Assembly (NCBI RefSeq): GCF_006345805.1
Contig: NC_042998.1
Location: forward strand, 174,654,001-174,718,000
Reading direction: 5' to 3'
Source of the DNA: Octopus sinensis
Lineage: Eukaryota
DNA length: 64,000 nt
Shown here: one piece after another, positions 1 to 10,776 of the stretch
Position numbering within the stretch: the first letter of the stretch is position 1
Layout of the letters: each line of letters opens with the position of its first letter
The notes under the pieces: generated by a model
Seen by the model: only the letters and a program-made list of their open reading frames with translations
Database searches by the model: none
Told to the model about the DNA's origin: nothing
Program-made: the position numbers and the translations under genes

Positions 1-39
1 TGGAAAGCGGACGTTAAACGATGATGATGATGATGATGA
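1..39 (+). mobile_element. 3' tail of RTE-derived repeat (family C) with (GAT)n
   Basis: TGGAAAGCGGACGTTAAAC(GAT)n, matching the 3' ends of the family C copies at 22758, 33827 and 62348. Confidence 0.85.
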
Positions 40-617
40 AGATGCAGAGTGATTTTCTGGGGCATAGTTTTGGATAAGAAGTGCACCATATAAGTATACC
101 ACTCAGTTAAACAATATCTTTCATCTTCTTAGAAATTAATGAAAAGCAGTACAAGTAATATACTACAGAAATACAATGCTCCTACAAATTCAGTTTATAC
201 TCTACAAACGAACAAAATTAATATTTTTAAAAAATATTTTTTTTAAATATTAAAAAAAACTTGTCGCAGATACAATGATGTTAAGTTTTTGAACTTAATC
301 CATAGACAAGTTTTGTTCTTATATTGAACTAATTCACTTCACATAGACAGATAATGTGCACAAAGAAGTTATGAATTTTAAAGCTTCTTATCTTTTGAGG
401 CCAAAAATTGCAGGTTTCAGATCTGTATAAAAAAGATATCTATAAATAAAGGAGAAAATGTAACGTTAGTGACTTACCTCCCTTGGGCGAACCATATTTA
501 TTTTTCATTAAAGTAACTTGGATATTTTTTTCTTTTAATTTTGATCTCCAAACCTCTAAAAGGTCAAATGAATCATCCTAAAGTTTCAAATAAATAATAT
601 CAATTATTATTATCTCA

Positions 618-619
<2 letters not shown>

Positions 620-655
<36 letters not shown>

Positions 656-1315
656 TATTATTATTATTGAGTGATAGAGCAGTGCATGCCATCAAAGTGA
701 CATTGGGGTAAAATATACGAAGCCCAGTATACCCATCATGACTACCCGTCTGATAAGGGTACACCAGGCACATGCATCACAACCATATGTGTGCAACATG
801 ATCTCATATCAAGATAAACAGCGCATGACCTTGCAGTTGGAGCCCAGTTAGTGGCTCTCGTGGCTTCTGATCTTAACTGATTGGAAGTGTTATCATGTAC
901 ATTGTTTTGTCTTGGTATAAAAGATGGGCTACAGCAAATATTCTGCTCAATACCACAGATTTGCTTGTCAGTTGTTTGACCTTAACCAGTTGAGCATGTC
1001 CCTTAGTGGCTGACAATATGTGCATCTCTGATCATGAGCAGAAGTAGTGGGGGAGAATCATAGCTATGTGTTGAGAGGGATTCTTTGGGGTTTGAATAAT
1101 TCACCTCTGGAAACATGGGTGTTTCGTTCAACATCCTCAAACAACTCTTACTCAGGGACCTGTTGAGTGGGATGGGTTACTCGACTAGAAGGAAATTCTA
1201 ACTGGGCCCCAACTGCAAGGTCATGCACTGTTTATCTTGATATGAGATCACCATGTCACGCACATATGGTTGTGATGCATGTGCCTAGTATACCCTTATC
1301 AGATGGGTAGTCATA
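620..1315. repeat. Interspersed repeat with fold-back structure and (TTA)n end
   Basis: (TTA)n at 620-668; 737-851 is the reverse complement of about 1199-1315 (high identity, ~115 bp); ~350-bp unique spacer. Confidence 0.75.
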
Positions 1316-1819
1316 AATAGATAATTTTACATAGGTGGAACGATTAGAGGACATTTTCACAGTTATTTTAAGACCAAAACCAGCTTCCTAACTTCATTCC
1401 TTGCCAAGATATCACATTCTGAAAGTCACAAAATTTTGACTGTGTTTTTCTCAGTTTTTAAGTTGTGGCACTTATGACTGTCTGTTACTAAACACCTCAT
1501 TTGGTGATATACATCTTGTTTGTTCAAACAAGTAGAAACCTTTATGATAGACACAGACATCAAGTGTTAATGAACTTATCATTATAGCATGTTGACAGCT
1601 GAAAGTTTGTTTATTGTGTTCCCTTTTGTGCATGTGACTGTGTGCATGCATGCTTGCGTGTGTGCATGTGTAAGTGTGTCATTGTGTAGGACATTTATGT
1701 ATGCAGCTAGCACTGTAGTACTCTAATACTGGATACATATGTATGGTGTAGAGGATCAACGACTATTCAGAGCTAAAGTATTTTTGGGCCCTGAAGAGAT
1801 AAATTCAGCTTTAGGATGC

Positions 1820-2028
1820 GCAGTTCAAGAATTTGGACCAGGAGATCTCCATTTCCAGCGACTTTGAGGGCCACCTCCCAGTGGTGTCGGGCGTTAACGA
1901 AGAGCCCTCGACTACAACAAGACGACCTAAGTTTTTTTCTTTTTTCCGAAGGTCTGGGGGTCTCCCGCCCCTAAGCCCTAGACCATCACCTAATCACCCT
2001 TACCCGTCTTGTTGCTTAACAACAAGAA
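1820..2028 (+). mobile_element. Short 5'-truncated non-LTR retrotransposon insertion
   Basis: Perfect 14-bp direct repeat CAGCTTTAGGATGC at 1806-1819 and 2029-2042; GC-richer insert ending in hairpin CTTGTTG-cttaa-CAACAAG plus AA. Confidence 0.7.
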
Positions 2029-2671
2029 CAGCTTTAGGATGCAACATTAACTATAATAATAGAAGTTGCAGAGTCACCATAAGAGTCATTGGAAAGTGTG
2101 AACTTTTGTAGTGAATTTTATAGAGAGACTGTAGTGTTGTGATTGTGTTTTTTTATACATTTAGCAACTGTGTCTTAGTATTATTAAATAAGATTACATT
2201 GACATATCAACTTTATTCGCAACCATGCTACAAACCTAATGGTAGACAACTAGGTTGCATGTGAACAACATTTGTCATTTCTGTGCCTCTATACTAAATT
2301 CAAGATATATAATACATGAACAGTACTCAAGTGTAGGGCAAATTTGTGCTTTATATCATCATATGTTTCAGACTGCAATACTTACTGTACTGGCATCATC
2401 ATATGCTGATAATTCCAAAGAACCTGTAAATGTCTGATCAGATATTGACTTCAAACATTCATCCAACCACTTAGAAGCATTGTGCACAGGTAAAATGATG
2501 CTCTGTCAAAAGTAAAAAAAGAAAATGTTAGTAAAATATTCAGTATTTAACTGTTCGTGTAAAATTGATTTCTACCAAAAACTGAAAAGGTGGTACTTTA
2601 TGAATGAAGACAGAGATAAGATATCATAAAGGCAATGGGTGTATGAGATATACAGCTCACTAGTTCAAAAA

Positions 2672-3083
2672 GAGCAGCCAGCAGAAATGTTAGCACACCG
2701 GGTAAAATGCTTAGCAGTATTTCGTCTGCCGCTACGTTTTGAGTTCAAATTCTGCCAATGTCAACTTTACCTTTCATCCTTTTGGGGTTGATAAACTAAG
2801 TACCAGTTACGCACTGGGGTCGATATAATCGACTTAATACATTTGTCTGTCCTTGTTTGTCCCCTCTGTGTTTAGCCCCTTGTGGGTAGTAAAGAAATAG
2901 GTATTTCATCTGCCACTATGTTCTGAGTTCAAATTCTGCCAAGGTCGATTCTACCTTTCATCCTTTCGGGGTTGATTAAATAAGTACCAGTTATGCACTG
3001 GATCGATATAATTGACTTAATCCGTTTGTCTGTCCTTGTTTGTCCCCTCTGTGTGTAGCCCCTTGTGGGCAGTAAAGAAATAA
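2672..3083 (+). mobile_element. tRNA-derived SINE family A, dimeric
   Basis: Head (gcagaaatgttagcac...gagttcaaat, B-box-like), core CCTTTCATCCTTTCGGGGTTGAT..AAGTACCAG, tail ...GCCCCTTGTGGG..GTAAAGAAATA; second monomer starts at about 2900. Confidence 0.85.
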
Positions 3084-3181
3084 GAAATCATTGTAGCAAA
3101 CAGTAGAGAAAATGAACCACAGCATCGAGATAGTGGATGGATTGAAGTTCACTAATCAGTCAGACAACCAATGTTTTGAAA

Positions 3182-3286
3182 TACCAAATCCATTCACAAG
3201 GCGTGGTCGGCTCGAGGCTATAGTACAAGACACTTGCCCAAGGTGCCATGCAGTGGAATTGAACCCGGAAACATGTGGTTAGGAAA
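3182..3286 (-). mobile_element. SINE family B head fragment
   Basis: Matches the head/CORE-like part of the full copies at 19094-19490 and 30690-31101 (GGCACCTTGGGCAAGTGTCTT on the minus strand). Confidence 0.75.
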
Positions 3287-3361
3287 CAATACACTAAATG
3301 GATAAGCCTTCTTATTCGGGACGTAAACACCGAACGAACTTAACAGAATCCAAAATATAAT

Positions 3362-3758
3362 CTTTTCTACTCTAGGCACAAGGCCCGAAATTTTGGGGGA
3401 GGGGGCCAGTCGATTAGGTCAACACCAGTACGCAACTGGTACTTAAATTATCGATCCCGTAAGGATGAAAGGCAAAGTCAACCTCAGCGGAATTTGAACT
3501 TAGAACGTAAAGACAGACGAAATATCTATTTCTTTATTACTGACAAGGGGCTAAACACAGAGGGGACAAACAAGGACAGACATAGGTATTAAGTCGATTA
3601 CATCGACACCAGTGCGTAACTGGTACTTAATTTATCGACCCCGAAAGGATGAAAGGCAAAGTCGACCTCGGCGGAATTTGAACTCACAACGTAACGCAGA
3701 CGAAATACCGCTAAGTATTTCGCCCGGCGTGCTAACGTTTCTGCCAGCTCGCCGCCTT
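3362..3758 (-). mobile_element. SINE family A dimer with 17-bp TSD
   Basis: TSD AGAATCCAAAATATAAT at 3345-3361 and 3759-3775; two copies of the core; junction at 3519-3532. Confidence 0.9.
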
Positions 3759-5299
3759 AGAATCCAAAATATAATACAAACACGAACGTAAGATTAACAC
3801 CCAAATTTTATGCAATTACTTATTCTATACTTCGAAAAGACTTTTGTATAGGATTTAAAGCATAGTCGTTTCATTCGAAAATTTAACGACGTTCGGGTTT
3901 TGAATAGTATTCTGGTAACTACTTAGTATTTTCTTTTAAGTTTACTACCGCAGTATGAAGATTACCTATTGAATGTGTCCATGTATGTGTAAGAGTGTGT
4001 CCAATAGAAAGTGAAACATAAAACATAAACATGCGCACATGCACATTACGAATGGAGTATATAAATGCGAGTGTATACACATATGCAGATAGAAAAAAAG
4101 TGTGATAAGTCGATATACGTATGCCTGTGCATACACACAGCTAAAATGCATTCTTTGATTTCCGTATAACCAACTACAACTGAAAACTGTAAACAGGAAG
4201 GATGTGCACACCTTGTGCACTGCTTTAAACACAACACTTCAATTAATACTATTTTGAAACAGGCCGAATGAATAAAATAAAGTTATTTGAACTAATTTTA
4301 AAATGTAAATTAATTTAAATTCACCCTCTAAGAATGCATAAGTTTTAAATAAAATATAAAATAAATATCCCATAACAAAAAAAAAACAACTTACTACATC
4401 TGACATGTTATGAGATGTTATCTCGCAGCAGTTTCAGTTCTGTTTTTGTTTAGTTTTAAGCACCTAAGGTTGATTTCTTTCCGCAAAGTAAACGATTCTA
4501 GGTGTGTATGTGGAAATAAGGTGAAGGGGTGATGACCATGCTTGTTTAACAGTGTTATTAGCAGCATAGGTAAACTGAAATGGCTTCAAACGGAAATCGA
4601 AACTGTTTCGTATATTTCACAAGTTAGAAACTGACCACGGTACCCGTTACATCTGTTGATGTTGATTAAACTGTCGGAACTCGAAAAACAACACATTGAA
4701 GGGAGACAACAATCTTTAAACAGTGAACATTAAGGTAGATAACTCTAATGTAATTTGCTGATATCTCGTTTGTCATTTATGGCAATATACTTGGGAGATC
4801 ACTTTCATGCGCGACGATTCGCTTCGAATGAGCCAACGTTGAAACTTTTGAGAGCTCTATTCTAAACACAGAAGCTTAGTACACACTCAAAAGAAGCATA
4901 TCTCGGGACGGATGTGGGATGAATTGCCTCTTACTAAAGAATTTATCACCATCAGTTATTAGAGGCAAATTTGACGATGCTATATCCTAGGATAAATTAC
5001 TATGAAATCAATAGTCCATCTAGAAAACAGATGAACTCCTGGGAGAAAGCAATGATCTACATGTCAACAATACATTTGATACAACGTGCCTACCCTACAA
5101 TGGGGTTCAACCCAATGCCCAAACATAGTAAAAAAATAAAATAGAATTTGTTGAAGTTTTTCATAATTTTATTATAAACTTACTTTGACAATAAATCTAT
5201 TTTGTTGAAGAAGACGGAAATCCCTGTACAAACATACATACATACGTACGTACATATGTACGTAGATATGTGCGTGCGTGCATACATACACACATACAT

Positions 5300-6375
5300 A
5301 CAGGCAGACAGCATTCCTTGTCTGGTAACCTTAAATACATGCCCAAAGTCGCACGATTCTACCGCAATGTATCATCAGATGAAAGAATGTGCATATATAT
5401 GCACGGATAGAAAGCTACGAGACGCCAGTAACATTGATCATAAAAGCTTTGAAGAGTATGAATTTGCAATCCAGAAATCAAATACCTGATGCACAAAATG
5501 AATAGAGATGCAAGAAACGCAGTAAAATGAGACGAGTGATGCAGACTTCGTGGTGTTAACACCGAAGATATCTCCCACATCATACGCAGTTGTCGGAAAA
5601 TGTTATCACGGTATTATCTACCGATGAAATATTATGTTGTAGTTAGAACTATATAATGAAATCTATCGGAAGGATAACCCCGAGGGGAAAAGAAATGAGA
5701 ACCCGCTGTGAAGCAGAAGCCATAGTCACTCATAATAAAAAAGGAGTACTGGTGAAATGTCCCAGTGAAAACCTCAACAACATGTAAGCACAACAGCCCT
5801 TTTGTAATGGTTTAGGATAGAAAAGAGTAACTGTGTACAGTTGTGGAGATTAGCTGCTCGGCAGATGTTAACATAGAGCTGAAAATCAGTGAAAAAGAGA
5901 ATACTTACGCTGAACTATTGAGCAATCTGCAGTTATTCTATCCAGATTACAAGTTCAGGTTTATACCAGTAATTATTGGGGCCCTGGGATATGTAACACA
6001 CTGCCTAAATACCAATCTTGAGAAATTAGGCTTCTCAAAACCAGAAAAGAGAAAGCTAATTCGAAGACTACAGATCCAATCCATCACTGGAACTGTAAAA
6101 ATCTTTCCAGAAGTTTATTATTTAAGTACATATGAGCATGCGCAAGCATATGCATGAGAAGACTTATATAAAACAAAACATAAATCTGCATGCATGCATA
6201 CATACATACATACATACATACATACATACATACATACATACATACATACATACATACATACATACAAAAATACCCTGTTATTGATGTTGAAATTCCAGTG
6301 AAGGAGCCTTGGATCTAGGTTAGAAACCGACTCTTTCTCTATTGGCAAGAAATCTTGAAATAAAACTGAATAATG
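5300..6375 (+). mobile_element. R4/Dong-like (RLE-type) non-LTR retrotransposon, degenerate C-terminal part plus 3' UTR
   Basis: Broken frames give EYEFAIQ..., CRLRGVNTEDISHIIRSC (decayed CCHC knuckle) and VEISC...KISEKENTY...FIPVIIGALG (restriction-like endonuclease); several stops and frameshifts. Confidence 0.8.
6195..6263. repeat. (CATA)n microsatellite
   Basis: Direct reading. Confidence 0.95.
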
Positions 6376-6439
6376 ACATACATCTGATGAACAAAGCTGT
6401 ACTGTCTGAGGTAAAAAAAAATTTTTAAGAAAGAAAAAA

Positions 6440-7189
6440 CATCGTAGGACCCTTACAACGATATGACTTGATTATAGGAAGGCATTTGACTCTATTCCCC
6501 ACTTATGACCACTGAAGTGTCTCCATTTAGCAAAAATGCCTGCTATCTTAATTGCTGCCATTGAAAAGCTCACAAAGACCTGGGCAACAATTCCTACACT
6601 TAGAACACAGAGTGGAACGATAGTTTCTAATGCCATAAATCATTCAAATGAGATAGTCTCTCTGTACTTCTGTTCATTTTGACGTTAAACCTATTGTAAT
6701 TCCTGCTACAAAAAACAAATGGCTACATGATAGAGTCTGCAACTACAAGAGATATTAATATAACCCATAATTTCTTTGTGGATGACCTTAAATTTATGCT
6801 AAAAATGTTAACAATGCCAATAAACAACTGAAATTTTCTTCTGACATAGGAATGGAATTTGACCAGAAGTGTTCTTATTTGTTGAAGAGGGAACATAAGT
6901 CTCTCAGACACAAAACCTATGCATCAATGCTCTCACTTATTCTTCCTGTCCTACACAATGAATGCTACAAGTGCCTTGGCATTGATGAGAATACATCATA
7001 TCAAGGTGCTTTGAATAAAGATAGAGTGACCCAAGAATATTACACCAGACTAAGAAAAATGTGGCAATCCGAACTCTCCTCTTACAAGTTAATATCCCAT
7101 AATGCATTTGCAGTACCAGTGCTGATCCCAACATTTGGGATACTTGATTAGTATGTAGAAGAAATCCACTCCATAGACATTAAAATCCG
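6440..7189 (+). mobile_element. R4/Dong-like reverse transcriptase fragment
   Basis: LDYRKAFDSIP, ITHNFFVDDLK, SSDIGMEFDQKC, YKCLGIDE..., AFAVPVLIPTFGIL; frameshifted; cut at 7189. Confidence 0.8.
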
Positions 7190-7470
7190 TGTAGCGTACA
7201 CTCGATTGAAATGCCTCTTTCCCCTTTATTATATATACGTGCATTCGAACGTAACAGGTAACAGCTAATGTTTGGCCGCTATTTGGACCCCGTTGTGTCC
7301 ACTACTCTGATTGGTTGGTATCGGCGCAATTTGTCTCTTGCAGCATATAACCAATTGGAGCCTCTAAATAAAATGACGTGAGGCAGCCTGTTCTCAACCC
7401 AATTTTGAATCTACAGCTCCATATAAAAACCCAGCTTCTCCTCGTCTCGATGTCTTTGGTTCCAGACCGT
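7190..7470 (+). promoter_or_regulatory. Promoter-like terminal repeat, left copy (starts TGTAGCG)
   Basis: ATTGG and CCAAT motifs, TGACGTGA, TATAAAA at 7422-7428; homologous in inverted orientation to 9225-9508 (47/50 identity at 7292-7341 vs 9377-9426). Confidence 0.55.
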
Positions 7471-7755
7471 CGTTCGCTCACATTCTTACGTGATATATTT
7501 GCTTGTGTTTACCTTGAAGGTTACTTGTTATAATTATTGCCTACTTGCAGGAATTGTTACGTTGTGCTTGTTGGTTTCCCGTAAGGGAAACGTTGTTAAA
7601 ATTTCTTGTCTGTGTTAATATTGTTAACTGTTATCCTCCCCCAAGGGGGAAGGATATATGAATTGTGTTTACCGCTTGCGGTTAAGTTTAAATCGCGTTC
7701 CCCTTCGAAACAAAAATTATGGAATTTTTGAATATTAAAAAAAATATTAAAAACA

Positions 7756-9170
7756 ATGTCTTCTGTTGAAGAACAAAATAGAAAAAAAATGAATTTTGCC
7801 GCTACTATTGGTGGACGTGAAACAATTACATTGAAGATGGAAGATATTCAGGCTTACTATGGAATGATTACCGAAGAAAACGGTGAAAGCAAGATAACAC
7901 CACCAAGTGAAATAAGGAACAAGACAAAAGAAAAGACAATTATATACAAATCATATGATGTAGAAAAGAAAAGACTAGAGTTTTGTGAAGAAAGCACAGT
8001 TGAAAGGTGTCTCGGGCCAGTGATGAGCGAAATAAAGTACCTAGCCCAAGGCACATTGAAGCAAGGTTCGAAGGCAAGACTCGAACCTTGCAATGTGACA
8101 ATGTCATGCTACTGCCTCTATATCTGGGACGCAGAACGTCCCAGATAAGGATTAAGAACATTGCCCCAGAGGTAGAGGTGGCATGGATCGTTGCCACACT
8201 CCTCTACAAGAAAGTAAGGGGGCATCTACGCGTCTGGCACGCCAGGCAAACGGGATGAGTTCTCTCGATGCCTAGAGAACTTTCTTGTGACATTTTGCTT
8301 GGTGATTTTAACGATATTCTAGATGCACGCCTGGATAGCGTAGGCTCGAATGTTAAGAAGTATAAATCACGCCTCGTCGATCTGCTGAAATGATTTAGGC
8401 TGGCAGATCGATACAGACTTGATAATCCGAGCGTTCCAATGTGGACTTGATCTCATAACGACGGATCTCTCAGGTCTTATATAGACAGAATAATAGTTAA
8501 TGCTAGAGATAAGTCTAGTTTAAGCTGTCCACAGTTTGCCTATGTACCCTACACGAATCTCAAATTAGTGACGTGTAGGATACATATAGATAAGGTTCAT
8601 AAACAGCGATCTGGCTATTGGAAGTTAAACAAGTCCCTATTGGATTGTGAAACTTACCGTAGCCAGATTAAGGTGTTAGTAATGAAGGTACTAACGGGCT
8701 CTGTGATTAACAACTGGTAGTGGAGTGCCCTTAAAAGAGTCATTCGAATGGAGTCGATTAGATTTAGCAAGCAGTTAAGTCTAGAGCAGACTAGAGTAGA
8801 AAGGGAATTAGTTAAGGCATTAGAAGCGCTGAGGATGGGCTCTGCATCCCAAGTGTTGACAGCGAGATCGGTCCTGGACCGACACCTCAATGCCAAACTC
8901 GAAGGATGCAGAGTCCGGGCTAAAATACGTACACTGGGCCGCAAGGGTATCAATGTTGCCGGGTGAGCTCGCTCGGAAGAAATCCGATGGGGCGTGGAGG
9001 CTACGATAAGGTCTGTGGTAGACGAGTATGGACAGGAGATCCAAGGACAAGAAGAGATGCGCTAGGCCTTTCACGCGCACTTTGCTACGTTGTTCGGGAG
9101 GATCGGGGCGCCGGACCATAGGATTGCTCTCCGGCATTTCCTGGCCAGCGATCCGCGTCTTTCTCCATGT
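7756..9170 (+). mobile_element. L1/Tx1-like LINE 5' portion (ORF1 remnant plus AP endonuclease and linker), truncated before RT
   Basis: GDFNDILDARLD, RLADRYR, SYIDRII, GYWKLNKSLL, LEGCRVRAK, AFHAHFATLF are typical of L1/Tx1 ORF2 N-termini; frameshifted ORF1-like reading at 7756-8258. Confidence 0.8.
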
Positions 9171-9224
9171 GGCTAGTGGTGTTTTCGTTGGAACTGGCTT
9201 TGTGCTCGGTGGTCAGTGGTTAGA

Positions 9225-9508
9225 CCTTAGAAGGTCTAGAACTAAAGACGAAATACGGTGTTGAAGCTAGCTTTTTATAGGGACCAATCGGCGCAAACGG
9301 AGATTTAGAAGAGACTGTCTCACGTGACCTTATCAGAGGCTGAGATTGGTTGGGTTGCATATGGGCGCGTAACAAAGCAAGAGACAAACTGCGCCAATAC
9401 CAACCGATCAGAGTAGTGGACACAACAGAGTCTAAGCGACCGAAGACTAGCTGTTATCTACTACGTCCGTACTCATGTATATATAACCAAGAGAGAGAGC
9501 CCGCTACA
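9225..9508 (-). promoter_or_regulatory. Promoter-like terminal repeat, right inverted copy (ends CGCTACA)
   Basis: The minus strand reads TGTAGCG...CCAAT...CACGTGA...TATAAAA (9273-9279)...GTCTTTAGTTCTAGACC, colinear with 7190-7470. Confidence 0.55.
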
Positions 9509-10565
9509 AAACCTTCACGCTTGAAGTATCTCTTTGATGCAAAGCATTCTGACAAGAAGGACAAGCCGTTATCATTCTTTTTTTGCAACTGAGATCCTCT
9601 TTCAAAAAGTAAATACAAACATTCATCTCGCTACTCCAGGAAACTAGTAAACAGGAGGCTGACAAGTTGATTGCGTCGTACAACATTGCCTTGCTTGTTG
9701 CTAAGTCTGGGATGTTTCACACAATTGGAAAAACATTACTTCGCCCAGTTATTGAAGAGGTTTCGTCAATCGTTATGCACGAAAAACCTGATAAAATTAT
9801 GAAGAAGATCCCACTTAGTAATAAAACAATTTCTCGAAGCATCGATGAAATGGCCAACGATATCAAACATGAGCTCATTAATATTCTCTAGCTTTCTGAA
9901 TTTTCTATACAAGTGAATGAGCCAACTGTTGTGGACAATCAATGTTTGATGATGGTATTTGTTCGGTATTTCAGCGAAGACCTTCAACCTTGTGAGGAAA
10001 TGCTGTTCACAGAGAAATTACTACTTGATTCAAGAGATGCAACTATTTTTCACACTCTTAAGTCTTTCCTTTTTGAACAGAATATCCCACTCAGTAATAT
10101 TCTTGCCTGTGCATCTAATGGAGCCCCTTCGATGATAGGAAGATACAGAGGTTTTTCATCTCTCCTAAAGCGTGAAATTTCCCACCAGATATTAACTGTT
10201 CATTGCTTGGCACACCGGCAGCATTTAGTGGTAGGTTGAATGATGCGCTCAGTTAGTTATCAAGACTGTAAACAAATTGAAGTCCAGTCCCTAGTCTGAT
10301 CGAATTCTCCATCAACTCTGTCTGAGAAATGATGAGGACCATGCTAAACTCTTATACCATACCGAAGTGCAGTGGCTGTCAAAAGGAAACTGTGTTTTAT
10401 GCTTTGTTGAACTGTTTCATATAACCATATCTTTCTTTGAAGATACTCCACTATCTTTGATGGCTGCAAGGTGCGATATCTTTTTTCTTTGTGATATATT
10501 CACAAAATAAAATGATTTGAATAAGTTATTGCAAAGAAACAGAAATATTCTCATTGACTGTAAAT
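9509..10565 (+). mobile_element. hAT (Charlie/Buster-like) transposase, degenerate and 5'-truncated
   Basis: KPSRLK..KH.DKKDKPL.FF, ASYNIALLVAKSG..HTIG, IPLSNKTISRSIDEMA, GAPSMIG, VHCLAHRQHL, LLYHTEVQWLSKG; in-frame stops. Confidence 0.88.
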
Positions 10566-10776
10566 CAATGGCGAAACTAAACCCACATTACGGGATTTGT
10601 AAACAATCGCATATTTAGTATGTTAAACGACCGTGCGAAGAAAAGGTGACGAGAAAGGCTCCTTTAGTACACCACACGGTCGATTACAATATATACGAAA
10701 AGATATAAATGAGTAGAAAGAACGAAAATATTTGACAGCATATTTACACAAGTGTAGGTATGTCCCAACCCCACCG

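Noticed and set aside
4430-5120. CpG-richer segment as a gene start or transposase remnant
   Set aside because: No ORF, TIR or internal homology that I could support.
7190-9508. Single cut-and-paste transposon with TIRs
   Set aside because: No TSD, and the flanks belong to different elements, so a single insertion is not supported; kept only as an open structural finding.
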